A DNA stretch of 52,274 bases. It comes from Candidatus Micrarchaeota archaeon. Lineage in GTDB: Archaea; Micrarchaeota; Micrarchaeia; Anstonellales; Bilamarchaeaceae. The notes beneath the pieces are model-generated. The model was not told where the DNA came from. It saw only the letters and a program-made list of their open reading frames with translations, and searched no databases. The stretch lies in the NCBI GenBank assembly GCA_018304385.1, contig JAGVWJ010000012.1, positions 1 through 52,274 on the forward strand, in the 5' to 3' direction. Below, one piece after another: positions 38,082 through 48,275 of the stretch; positions within the stretch are counted from its first letter, which is position 1, and each line of letters begins with the position of its first letter. The translations under genes and the position numbers were made by a program.

Positions 38082-39305
38082 ATGATGCATATGAATATTG
38101 ATGCTATAAGAAAAATAGATTACTGGATTGGAATACCAATATGCTTCTTTTTATCGATTATAAATAATTTTAGTAAGCTTTTTAGAAATAAAAAAAACAT
38201 GGATAACCAAAAGAAGTTTTTGTTTATTCAACTATCAGAAATGGGAAGCACCGTTATTGCTTATTCTGCTATGGAATATATTAAGAAAAAATATCAAAAG
38301 GCGCAACTGTATTTCTTAATATTCAAAAGAAACAAAGAAGGGATAGATATTTTAAATATAATAAACCCAAAGAACGTTATAACAATAAGAGACACCTCTT
38401 TCATAGAATTAACTATTGACACATTATTTGCTATCTGGAGGTTGAGATGCGAACGAATTGATGTTTCATTTGATTTGGAATTGTTCTCTAGATATTCTGC
38501 AATATTGAACTATTTGATAGGTGCTAAAACCAGGGTTGGATTTTATAAATTCGCAGCAGAGGGACTTTATCGTGGTAATCTACAAACCCACAATGTGACC
38601 TATAATAATTACTATCATATGAGCCAAAATTTTATGGCACTGGTTAAGGCATTAGAAGGCCCGGATGAAATACCTCTCCTAAAACAAACCATTGACAAAA
38701 TCAAAGTTCCAAAAATAATCAGTAAAAAATCTGATAAAGAACTTATGTGGAAGAGACTAAGATTACTAAAGCCGTCAATTAACAAAAAAAACAGGATAAT
38801 ATTGCTAAACCCAGGCACAAGCAAACTACTCCCATTAAGAAAATGGCCTATAAGTTATTATGCCAAATTAGCAAAAAATTTACTGATGGACAAGGATACA
38901 AACATCATAGTAACTGGGCTTATAGAAGATAAAATTTATGCTGACTATATACGCAATTTCACTGGTGACAGGTGTATTGACTTTACCGGGAAGACCAAAA
39001 CATTGAAGGAGTTAATTGACTTATACAATGTTGCAGATATCCTGATAACCAATGATTCCGGCCCTGCGCATTTCTCTGCGCTAACCCCAATCAAAACAAT
39101 TGTATTTTATGGCCCGGAAACACCTGTCTTATATTCCCCATTAGGCAATAACTACACTACCTTGTACTCGAAATTTGCTTGTTCGCCTTGTGTATCGGCA
39201 TATAATCATAGAAAGAGTCCCTGCACAAATAACAGGTGCCTGCAGGCAATAAAACCAGAGGCTGTTATTAAATTAGTACAAAATAATTTTAAACAAAATC
39301 TTTAG
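38082..39305 (+). CDS. GT9 family glycosyltransferase (ADP-heptose heptosyltransferase-like) no. 1
   Basis: QLSEMGS, LNPG....RKWP, ITNDSGPAHF and CSPC...N motifs. Confidence 0.9.
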   Translation: MMHMNIDAIRKIDYWIGIPICFFLSIINNFSKLFRNKKNMDNQKKFLFIQLSEMGSTVIAYSAMEYIKKKYQKAQLYFLIFKRNKEGIDILNIINPKNVITIRDTSFIELTIDTLFAIWRLRCERIDVSFDLELFSRYSAILNYLIGAKTRVGFYKFAAEGLYRGNLQTHNVTYNNYYHMSQNFMALVKALEGPDEIPLLKQTIDKIKVPKIISKKSDKELMWKRLRLLKPSINKKNRIILLNPGTSKLLPLRKWPISYYAKLAKNLLMDKDTNIIVTGLIEDKIYADYIRNFTGDRCIDFTGKTKTLKELIDLYNVADILITNDSGPAHFSALTPIKTIVFYGPETPVLYSPLGNNYTTLYSKFACSPCVSAYNHRKSPCTNNRCLQAIKPEAVIKLVQNNFKQNL

Positions 39306-41628
39306 GATAAAAAATTAAGAATATCATTCCGCTAATACTAATAAGAAACAAGCTTTTTTCCCATAAAGGCAATTCATATCTCAAAAGTATATCATTTCCA
39401 TTTTTATTTTCAACTATCATAAGGCCAACATCTGATTCTACTACTGGCACTTGGCCAAATCCATTTTGATATGCGTGCCAATTTGGAAAATATTCTTCTT
39501 TCACAAATAGATACTTTGATCTAGGATTTTTTATCAGAATTTCTTGGGGGTTGGGCCTCACGTAATCTAGTTTCTTCGCCACCCTCCAGTCATAATTTTG
39601 TTCTGTAGGTACAAAGTCAAACCCATCTATAAAACTATTTTCTAAAGATATAACAAACGCGCAATTACTCACCTGTATTGCCTCTTTAAATCTACATTCC
39701 TTGCAAATATCAACCCTATCTAAAAAATTCATACCTCCATCGTTGCAGGTATCAACAAAGATCCTGGTAACATCGGTCATTTTAAACAGTTTAAATGCCT
39801 CTTGCATGGTTGTCTTATTGGGCAACCCCCAATCATTACCATATATATCAGTTAATCTGTTAAGATATATGTCCGTATGCTGGCCTTGCACAAAACCAAG
39901 TCCATTAGTCGAAATACCGGAAATTGCAAGCAAAGGATGTAAAGTAGTCCCGTAGGTTCCATATGTTATTACCCTTCCCTCAAACCTACCAAAAACTTTC
40001 TTCAGATAATCGATACTGTCTATTAAGCCCTTATCTGTAACATACCTGATCGTTTTTTCATGCGTGATAAAGAGATAATGCAGGATAAAAATAACTAGTA
40101 TTAGCAGCACCATAAATTTACCAACCAAGTTAGGGTTAGATGAAATCTTATCAAAAAAATTAACTATAATGATAGCATAAAAAAATGCAAAGAAAGGCAT
40201 CATCCTGTCTATGCCAATTATTGTCTTAGATATAGTATCGCTGATGTTTGCACCTAAGAATATAACCAACCAGGTCAAAATAAAGATGAATGTAAAGGTA
40301 TGAAGTTCGTTTCTCTTATTTTTTACCGCCTCACGACCCAGAATAATCAACCCAAGGGTTACAAAAATACCATAAAATAAACCAACGTTCAAGTTATTCG
40401 ACCCTGTGAATTTTATTTCCGGTTCGCTGAAAAGCGGAAGTAGCAGCAGATTGATCGCGTCAACGCTGCCTAATTCAAATGTTATTTTTGATATGTGACC
40501 GGAATAGATCACGATTGGAACAACGAAAAAAGCGACAAGGAAAAAAAATATAAACACCACTTTCATTGGAAATTTCAACGCTCCGAACAGCGCGCCAATG
40601 CCAGTAACGCTTTTGCTTTTAAAGGAATAAACAAGCCATGATAGCATAAGAAAGGACAATAGAACTAGACCGACACTGGGGTGGGACAAAAATGCGTAAG
40701 CAATCAGCAGCGCGATTGGCAGCAGATACTTATTATCATGCACCTGGTAGGTCCTTATTATAAAGTATAATGCAACAGACATGGCAGCAAATGCAGAGAA
40801 CAACTTATAATTGCCAACATACGCGGAATTCAATGTTAGTACCGGGTTTATTATAAATATAATGGTGGATATAAATGATAAATAGGGATCTTTTAGTATG
40901 GCCTTGTTCAACAAAAATACGCCAAGGGCCATTAATATTATAAAAAACAGAAAAATAAGGTTAAAGGCGTTTCTTAAATCTCCATGGGATATTAGCTGGT
41001 ATGTTCCCCCAAAAATAAATGATTGCGGAGGGTCAAATGTAAACATAGGGTAGCCAAGCTGTTCCTTGTCGTACCAGCTAAAAATTATTTCATAATATTC
41101 TAAAGAAGTTTTAACGAAATGAATCCTGGCTAAATACGACATGGCATCTGTTTTCTGGATGTATGTTGTACTTAAAAATCCCTGATAAGCATATAGGGAA
41201 ACTATCAGGATTAGCAAAACAAACATAAGATTCCTGTTTGCCAGAGGTTCTAAATTAATTAGACGATTAAGGTCTGATTTTATTTTTTCTCTATAGAAGA
41301 TAAATGCAAATAGTGTTGGAAAAATTAAAAGCAGAAGATAGATAAAAGGCAATGGTAAGGGAAGACCGAAAACCGACAATAAATAAAGAACATTGGTAAA
41401 GAGTGCTGCCAACGGAAGAGAAAGTAGCATGCGCTCTAATAAACCAAGATTCCATTTATAAGTCAAAAGAAAGTAAGGGAGCAGAAAAATTACCAACCAC
41501 GCAACTTCATAAAAAAAGTCCATTATAAAGAATAGAATAATCAGAATAAGTAGTACGTTCATTAACCCTAAATTCTTATTTATAAAAACGGCAAAATTTT
41601 CAAACATAAGAATCGTTTCAATTAACAT
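39289..41628 (-). CDS. Large multi-pass membrane protein, GT-C/YfhO/PTPS-related-like, with extracytoplasmic C-terminal domain
   Basis: More than 10 hydrophobic segments, loop KTDAMSYLARI, C-terminal KEEYFPNWHAY and GLMIV..LLRY motifs. Confidence 0.65.
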   Translation of the reverse strand: MLIETILMFENFAVFINKNLGLMNVLLILIILFFIMDFFYEVAWLVIFLLPYFLLTYKWNLGLLERMLLSLPLAALFTNVLYLLSVFGLPLPLPFIYLLLLIFPTLFAFIFYREKIKSDLNRLINLEPLANRNLMFVLLILIVSLYAYQGFLSTTYIQKTDAMSYLARIHFVKTSLEYYEIIFSWYDKEQLGYPMFTFDPPQSFIFGGTYQLISHGDLRNAFNLIFLFFIILMALGVFLLNKAILKDPYLSFISTIIFIINPVLTLNSAYVGNYKLFSAFAAMSVALYFIIRTYQVHDNKYLLPIALLIAYAFLSHPSVGLVLLSFLMLSWLVYSFKSKSVTGIGALFGALKFPMKVVFIFFFLVAFFVVPIVIYSGHISKITFELGSVDAINLLLLPLFSEPEIKFTGSNNLNVGLFYGIFVTLGLIILGREAVKNKRNELHTFTFIFILTWLVIFLGANISDTISKTIIGIDRMMPFFAFFYAIIIVNFFDKISSNPNLVGKFMVLLILVIFILHYLFITHEKTIRYVTDKGLIDSIDYLKKVFGRFEGRVITYGTYGTTLHPLLAISGISTNGLGFVQGQHTDIYLNRLTDIYGNDWGLPNKTTMQEAFKLFKMTDVTRIFVDTCNDGGMNFLDRVDICKECRFKEAIQVSNCAFVISLENSFIDGFDFVPTEQNYDWRVAKKLDYVRPNPQEILIKNPRSKYLFVKEEYFPNWHAYQNGFGQVPVVESDVGLMIVENKNGNDILLRYELPLWEKSLFLISISGMIFLIFYPKDFV

Positions 41629-43546
41629 TTACTTCATAAATGATCGCACATTCACCCAAGCATGCAATCTGTTCGCCTTGCTGTTGAATACCAATAAACT
41701 TTACTGGTTTTAAGTATTTATTGAGACCTACATCCCAAGGATAAAGAATATTCGAACCTTCAACAGTTATTGCACCTGTAACCAACATATCATATTTTGG
41801 ATAAACATCTAATGTATACGGATCCAAAGAAGTATGCATTTCAACGTATCTAACTCCATTTTTATCCAGATAACTACGATAATCTGGTTTATCTTTAACC
41901 ATAAGAGGGTCAAAGAATCTAGCAATTTGGTTATTTTGAACTATAAACTCGTGCCCAAACCAATCATTTGTCCATAATAGATATTTTACATTGTATTTTC
42001 TAAGAAGCTCTTTTCTTACAGCATCATTTTTTCCATAAAGCATGACCGCTGCATCTAATGCACGCTGATTCATATCTGAATAGACTGGTGCATGCGTTCT
42101 CCTGTATGTAACTACTTTTCTACCACTGAGCGCATTCAGCATAAACCCCCCTTCATTGGTTGTAAGGAAAACATCGCTTAGGCTAGTATCTGATAAAATC
42201 CAGGATTTTATCTCTTTATGCATTGAGGATAGATCGCTTCGACCAGCAGAAACCCAATTACCTGGGCCATTAGCACCACCTTTATTCTTTTCAAGATCTG
42301 CAAAATGATTATAGAAAAATGCAATTGCAAGCAAAACTAATAATAACTCGGTTATTGCAATACCTTTTTCACTAGAACCGATCTTTATCAAGTTATCTAA
42401 CTTTATCCTCTCTTTGATAAAAATTAAAGCAAATAATATTTCTATAGGCTCGAGCGGAAATTGCATCATTTGGAATAAATGCCCTGGTGCGAGGTGCGTA
42501 TGTAAAAGATTAAATAAAATCAAATGATGAGATAAACCAATCAATGCAGCTACTAAAACAAGAAAAACAAAACGATAAAAGAGATTAATATTACGATTCA
42601 ATACGATGGCTATGGCACCAATTAACTCCAGAATTGAAATCATGGAAGAAACAACATTCTCTAGTTTATCAAAATTTATTGCAAAAAAAGTACCACGTAA
42701 TTCATCTGTTATTGACTTTATCTGTAAATCAAATTTCGTATAATCTGGCCAACCATATATTTGTAGATCATTGGGCGTTGCACCTTTGTAAACAAAAAGT
42801 GGTGCATACCAATAGACTAAAGACAAAAGAAAACCTAAGGCAAAAACCTTTACAAATGGTATTATTTCTTTTATAAAATCCGAAGAACGAATGAAAGCGA
42901 AACTTTTCGATTTCTTATAATTTTTATATGTTAGATCCAGCATTATAACGCCAAACAAAATAATACTTGCAAAAAATAGCTGCGTACTTGATAAATGCGC
43001 GAGCGCTATAGCAATTGCTAAAAATATAAAACGATTTTGAGTTTGTTTTTCCAGAAACAAAAACCATGCAAGAATCATTAAAGGCGAAGTAACGAAAAAT
43101 GCGAATAATGTATATTTGTATATCGGATAGGCAGAAAGGAAAATTAGAATGACTGATAGGATTAACAATCTGTTTTCAGTAAAGCGAGTAATAGTTAAAT
43201 AAACAATGATTGCACTAACGAAAATTAATGGAAGTGACGAATATATAATTCCAAACAACGGATCCACGCCCGTAATTTTCGAAAGAATTACAACATATGA
43301 ATGATAAAGCCAGGGAGCCCATTGGATCTCTCCGAGCATTTGCCCATTTTCAAAAATAGATCCGCCATAATAAATATGATAAATGCTCCCTAAGTGATTA
43401 TAATAATCGCCTCCATAAAGCGGACTTGGTAGTTGCTTAAACTGACTTAAAAAATTATAGTTGACAAGAGCAACAACTAGCGCTAAAAGAAGTACATACT
43501 TAAAAGTATCCGAACTTAACTCGCGTTTAATAAAATTTTTTACCAT
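41618..43546 (-). CDS. Multi-pass membrane protein, GT-C/AftA-like glycosyltransferase candidate
   Basis: First loop SPLYGGDYYNHLG, about 10 TM segments, C-terminal DVFLTTNEGGFMLNALSGRKVV. Confidence 0.6.
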   Translation of the reverse strand: MVKNFIKRELSSDTFKYVLLLALVVALVNYNFLSQFKQLPSPLYGGDYYNHLGSIYHIYYGGSIFENGQMLGEIQWAPWLYHSYVVILSKITGVDPLFGIIYSSLPLIFVSAIIVYLTITRFTENRLLILSVILIFLSAYPIYKYTLFAFFVTSPLMILAWFLFLEKQTQNRFIFLAIAIALAHLSSTQLFFASIILFGVIMLDLTYKNYKKSKSFAFIRSSDFIKEIIPFVKVFALGFLLSLVYWYAPLFVYKGATPNDLQIYGWPDYTKFDLQIKSITDELRGTFFAINFDKLENVVSSMISILELIGAIAIVLNRNINLFYRFVFLVLVAALIGLSHHLILFNLLHTHLAPGHLFQMMQFPLEPIEILFALIFIKERIKLDNLIKIGSSEKGIAITELLLVLLAIAFFYNHFADLEKNKGGANGPGNWVSAGRSDLSSMHKEIKSWILSDTSLSDVFLTTNEGGFMLNALSGRKVVTYRRTHAPVYSDMNQRALDAAVMLYGKNDAVRKELLRKYNVKYLLWTNDWFGHEFIVQNNQIARFFDPLMVKDKPDYRSYLDKNGVRYVEMHTSLDPYTLDVYPKYDMLVTGAITVEGSNILYPWDVGLNKYLKPVKFIGIQQQGEQIACLGECAIIYEVNVN

Positions 43547-43550
43547 GATT

Positions 43551-44517
43551 TCACTTACTCAAAAGCGCAGCGGCCAGTAAAGGAATCATTAACTCATGCC
43601 TACCAATTAGATAATAACCTTTTCCTATCCCTTTTGTTGGTCGTTCAACAACATTGCGCAGTGGGCGATACTGATAGTTATAATCAAGAACAACTGTTAT
43701 AAAATCCTTTAACTTTTTGCCTTGATGAAATTTAGAAATTTCATCAATTGTGTCGGCGTTTTTTTGCCCTGCCGACACAGCTTGGTTCTGGCTTATTGCA
43801 ATTGCCTTTAGAAATATCTCAGGCAAAAGAACGTTTGAACCAGCATTAATATAGGCGCCACCACTAATCTCACTTACCTCATTACAAAATAATTTGAAAT
43901 CATCATATGTTGCTTTGCCTGTTGCTTCACCACTCATAGATGGATGCATATGCACTATGTCAGTTCCAAGCGCAACATGAACAGTAACTGGAATGTTAAG
44001 CCTTGCTGCTGCACAAAGTATGCTGTATTTCGCATATTTTGGTTTTGTTTCCTCTAAAAGGCGCTTTAAGCCTGCACCAAAACCAACGTTCGCATCTGCC
44101 GCAATCTTTGCAGCCTTATTAATAAATTCTGCTGTTTCTTTTGCAACACCAAATTCGCCTTCATGCAAGCTTTCACCAACATCTTCTGAGCTTTTACCTG
44201 CTAAAGCGAATTCAACATCATGTATTGCGCTAGCGCCATTTACGGCGATAGACGTAATAAAACCATTTTCCATTAACTGAATTAAAAGTGGATTTAAACC
44301 AAATTTTATTACATGAGCGCCAATACCCCAGATAATCTTCCTTTTAGCTGCTTTTGCAGCCTTTAAATGGCTTATAATTGCCTTAAAATCACTACCGCTA
44401 TAGATATTAGGAATACTAGCTAATTCCACTAAATGGCGCTGCAAAATCTTTAACATTGCTTAGGCTTGACCGATCATAAAGCGAATATGTTTTGATCTTT
44501 GAGAAATCAACTGACAT
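43551..44517 (-). pseudogene. Deoxyhypusine-synthase-fold protein of unknown function (GSU2086-like), frameshifted near 44420-44435
   Basis: The N-terminus MSVDFSKIKTYSLYDRSSLSNVKDFAAPF starts at ATG 44517 (GGTG SD) and stops at 44416. The body (LASIPNIYSG..GIGAHVIK..NGASAIHDVE) continues in the frame of ORF 43551..44456. Confidence 0.72.
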
Positions 44518-44606
44518 AGAAACACCAAAAATAACAATATAAAATACTAATGCTTAAAATAGTTAGGATAGACAAATTTATATTAATAGGCTTTATGGGG
44601 AGTAAA

Positions 44607-45773
44607 ATGAATTCTAAAACCGTATCACGGAGAAGAGTAGACAGCGTTAGCCTAATCCGTATTATGGACAAGGGCGCAGGAAGCTTATTGTGTCATATGC
44701 TGGGTATTCTGGGCAAGAAAAGAGAGATACCAAAGGAGATAAAGAAAATAGCACTAATCAAGTTCTTTGGATTTGGGAACGTAATAATGATATCTCCATT
44801 TTTTAAGCTATTAAAGCAGATATTTCCGAATGCTAAGCTGATTTTGCTAACGCTAACTGGGAATAAAAAATTAGCCAGCTTTTACAAAACAATAGACAAA
44901 GTAATTGATATAAATCTCTCAAATCCAGTTCTTATCCCATCTAAAATCCTAAATGCAATAGATAAATTAAGAAATGAAGATATTGATGTGATTATTGATT
45001 TTGAACAGTATTCACGAACTTCTGCTATTATATCTTTTTTATCTAATGCGCGTTTTGGCGTTGGTTTTTCTTTAGATAAGAATCCTAGATGTTTATTGTA
45101 TGATAAAACAATTGAATGTAATGAAAATAAACATATGATTAAGCAGTTTCACAAACTAGTATCAATAATTACTACTAAGCGAAATGAGGATATTGAATTA
45201 GAGAAAATTGAATATACAAACAACGATATTAAATTTGTGGATAATTTAATTAACGGAGTTATGAGAAAAATTGTTGTATTGCACGTTGGTAATGGACCAA
45301 ATGCACCTGAAAAACGTTGGCCAACTGAAAGATTTGTTGAACTTGCGAAGCGATTGGATGATAGAAAACTGAGGATCGCAATAATCGGATCTGACCAGGA
45401 TAAAAAAGAAGTTGAAATATTTAAAAGCAAGTTCAATAGTGAGTATATAGATGTCTATAATAGATTAACAATACCACAACTCGCATATTTTTTAACTAAA
45501 GCAAATGTATTTGTTTCTGCAGATACTGGGCCTGCGCATCTTGCAGCTTCGGTTGATGTACCTTCAGTAGTTTTATATGGACCAAGCACTCCTACTATAT
45601 ATGGTTCATGGGGAAAAAACGTACACCACTTATATACAAATCTGTGGTGCAGCCCTTGTGGTACCAATAAAAACTCTCACGAATATATATGTATAAATAG
45701 GATTTATCAAAAGTGTATGCTAGATATAAGTGTAAATAAAGTAGAGAAAATGGTATTGGAGATAATGAAATGA
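44607..45773 (+). CDS. GT9 family glycosyltransferase (heptosyltransferase-like) no. 2
   Basis: [22 protein letters not shown] and CSPC motifs; GGGGAG SD before 44607. Confidence 0.9.
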   Translation: MNSKTVSRRRVDSVSLIRIMDKGAGSLLCHMLGILGKKREIPKEIKKIALIKFFGFGNVIMISPFFKLLKQIFPNAKLILLTLTGNKKLASFYKTIDKVIDINLSNPVLIPSKILNAIDKLRNEDIDVIIDFEQYSRTSAIISFLSNARFGVGFSLDKNPRCLLYDKTIECNENKHMIKQFHKLVSIITTKRNEDIELEKIEYTNNDIKFVDNLINGVMRKIVVLHVGNGPNAPEKRWPTERFVELAKRLDDRKLRIAIIGSDQDKKEVEIFKSKFNSEYIDVYNRLTIPQLAYFLTKANVFVSADTGPAHLAASVDVPSVVLYGPSTPTIYGSWGKNVHHLYTNLWCSPCGTNKNSHEYICINRIYQKCMLDISVNKVEKMVLEIMK

Positions 45774-46327
45774 CAAATATGAAACAACGAATAAACGAAC
45801 ATATTGAAACGTGCAAAAAAATAACAGATAGCGAAAGCGATATTATCAAAGCAGCAGAAATAATAACGAACGCATATATAAAAGGCGGGAAACTTTTGAT
45901 ATGTGGAAATGGTGGAAGCGCTGCAGATGCGCAACATTTTGCTGGTGAACTTGTAGGCAAATTTATGAAAGAACGAAAGGCATTGCCAGCAATTGCAATA
46001 ACAACAAATACTTCTAATATGACTGCAATAGGGAATGATTATGAATTTGAAAAAATATTTGAACGCGAAGTTGAGGCACTTGGAAAAAAAGGAGATGTTT
46101 TATTTACAATTAGTACAAGCGGAAATTCTGAAAACGTAATAAGAGCTGTTAAAAAAGCAAATGAAATCGGTATGAACGCTATCGCGCTTTTAGGAAAAGG
46201 CGGCGGAAAATTAAAAGGATTATGTAACTGCGAAATAATTGTTCCTTCAAATGACACGCAGCGCGTGCAGGAGGCACACATAATGATTATTCATTTAATA
46301 TGCGAACTTATTGAGGCGGATTTATGA
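45770..46327 (+). CDS. gmhA: D-sedoheptulose 7-phosphate isomerase
   Basis: [24 protein letters not shown] and RVQEAH motifs. Confidence 0.96.
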   Translation: MTNMKQRINEHIETCKKITDSESDIIKAAEIITNAYIKGGKLLICGNGGSAADAQHFAGELVGKFMKERKALPAIAITTNTSNMTAIGNDYEFEKIFEREVEALGKKGDVLFTISTSGNSENVIRAVKKANEIGMNAIALLGKGGGKLKGLCNCEIIVPSNDTQRVQEAHIMIIHLICELIEADL

Positions 46328-47271
46328 AAATAAAATTCAAAAACTCGAACATTTTGCTAATTGGAGATATAATAATCGATCATTATATTTATGGAACAGT
46401 TGACAGGATCTGCCCTGAAGCACCAGTGCCAGTACTTAATTGCAAATCAGAAGAAATGTTTCTTGGTGGGGCAGGCATTGTTTTAACGAATTTATTACAT
46501 CTTGGCGCTAAAACAAATTTGGTTTCAGTTGCCGGTGATGATGAAGAGGCTGAAAAACTCGAGAAATTATTTAAAAGTGCCGGTGCCTCATTCCAGAACG
46601 TAGCAATAGAAAATGGGAGAAAAACAACAATTAAAACTAGATGCGTTGCAACATCCCCATTCTGGCAGATGTTAATGCGATTTGATAAGGAGGTCGTATA
46701 CCCTATATCAAATACAACAGAACAGGAAATTATCTTAAAATTAGACACTTTATTAAAAAATGCGGATTTAGTTGTAATATCTGATTACAAAAAAGGATTG
46801 CTTACGCCGACATTGCGCGAAGCGATAATTACTAAGGCAAAAAGCAACAATAGAAAAATAATCGTAGACAGTAAAGGTTTCGTATCGGATTATAAAGGTG
46901 CAGATATTATCGCGCCAAATAGAGTAGAATTGTGTGAACATTTTGGCGCAGCTCCAACTAATGATGATGGAATTATTAGGCAGTTTGCTCAAAAACTTGC
47001 TAGGCAAATGAATTGTAAATTAGTTGTAAAACGCTCGGAAAAAGGAATATTATGGATAGATAATGGCAAGGAAGGAAACGTTCCGAGTGTTGCGAAGAAA
47101 ATAGTTAATGTATCTGGTGCAGGCGACGTCTTTATTGCTTCGTTAGCATTGGCAACAGCTTCGGACTATACGCTTGAGGATGCTGTTAAAATAGCTAACT
47201 TTGCCGCTGGTATTGCTATTGGAAGAACAAGACCACATGTTACATTAGAGGACTTTAAGAATTTTGAATGA
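46324..47271 (+). CDS. rfaE1: D-glycero-beta-D-manno-heptose 7-phosphate kinase (HldE/RfaE domain I, PfkB family)
   Basis: GDIIIDHY..G...[20 protein letters not shown] and VSGAGD motifs. Confidence 0.93.
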   Translation: MKIKFKNSNILLIGDIIIDHYIYGTVDRICPEAPVPVLNCKSEEMFLGGAGIVLTNLLHLGAKTNLVSVAGDDEEAEKLEKLFKSAGASFQNVAIENGRKTTIKTRCVATSPFWQMLMRFDKEVVYPISNTTEQEIILKLDTLLKNADLVVISDYKKGLLTPTLREAIITKAKSNNRKIIVDSKGFVSDYKGADIIAPNRVELCEHFGAAPTNDDGIIRQFAQKLARQMNCKLVVKRSEKGILWIDNGKEGNVPSVAKKIVNVSGAGDVFIASLALATASDYTLEDAVKIANFAAGIAIGRTRPHVTLEDFKNFE

Positions 47272-47279
47272 GGATTTGA

Positions 47280-48272
47280 ATGAAACGCGCAGTATTTTTA
47301 GATAGAGACGGCGTAATTGTAAAAGACACGGGATACACACATAAAATAGAGGATTTAGAAATAATAGATGGTGCAGCAGAAGCAATTAAAACTTTTAATA
47401 AAGCAGACTTCTTGGTAATTATCATTTCAAATCAATCTGGCATAGCAAGAGGATTATATAGAGAAGAGAATTTGGAAATATTTAACCAAGAAATGATAAA
47501 AAGACTAAAAGTATTGGGAGCCAAAATTGATAGCATTTATTTCTGTCCCCACCATCCAACAGAAGCAAATGTAGAGAGATATAACCGTGTTTGCGAATGT
47601 AGAAAACCTGCACCTGGCATGATATTGAAAGCGTCCAAAGAACATAACATTGATTTAAAACATTCTTGGATGATTGGCGATCGAGAAAGCGATATTAAAG
47701 CAGGGAAAACTGCAGGATGTAAAACGATATTAATAGGTAGAGATGCTAAGAACTTAAATGAGGCGGCTAAAATGATAAATGAAAGTTGTAGCCCGGTGCT
47801 AAATAGAAAAATAAGGGATAAGTATAATATTATGGAATTGGTTCAAGAACTCAGAAAAAACGGGAAAAAAATAGTATTTACAAATGGATGTTTTGACATA
47901 CTTCACTATGGCCACGTTTATTATCTAAGCGAAGCTAAAAAACTCGGAGATGTGCTGATAGTTGGACTTAACTCCGACAACTCAATAAAGAAAATTAAGG
48001 GCAAAACAAGGCCAATAAATGGTGAAGCTGTAAGATTGGCGGTAATAATAGCACTTGAAGCAGTTGATTACGCCATAGTTTTTAACGAGGAAACACCACT
48101 AAATCTTATTGAGATGATCAAACCTAATACCCATGTTAAAGGTGGTGACTGGAAAGACAAAAAGATTCCTGAAAAAAAAGCAGTAGAGAAAAACGGTGGA
48201 AGAATAGAGTTTATTGATTATTTAAACGGATACTCCACAACAAGCATAATAGAAAAAATAAAAAAAGGTTAA
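47280..48272 (+). CDS. gmhB: Fusion: GmhB heptose-1,7-bisphosphate phosphatase + HldE domain II heptose-1-phosphate adenylyltransferase
   Basis: N-terminal FLDRDG, SNQSGIARG, CPHHP, CECRKP and IGDR motifs; C-terminal TNGCFDILHYGH, GLNSD, KGGDW and GYSTT motifs. Confidence 0.93.
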   Translation: MKRAVFLDRDGVIVKDTGYTHKIEDLEIIDGAAEAIKTFNKADFLVIIISNQSGIARGLYREENLEIFNQEMIKRLKVLGAKIDSIYFCPHHPTEANVERYNRVCECRKPAPGMILKASKEHNIDLKHSWMIGDRESDIKAGKTAGCKTILIGRDAKNLNEAAKMINESCSPVLNRKIRDKYNIMELVQELRKNGKKIVFTNGCFDILHYGHVYYLSEAKKLGDVLIVGLNSDNSIKKIKGKTRPINGEAVRLAVIIALEAVDYAIVFNEETPLNLIEMIKPNTHVKGGDWKDKKIPEKKAVEKNGGRIEFIDYLNGYSTTSIIEKIKKG

Positions 48273-48275
48273 TTT

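Noticed and set aside
43551-44456. True deoxyhypusine synthase
   Set aside because: Lacks the EAVSWGK catalytic-lysine motif.
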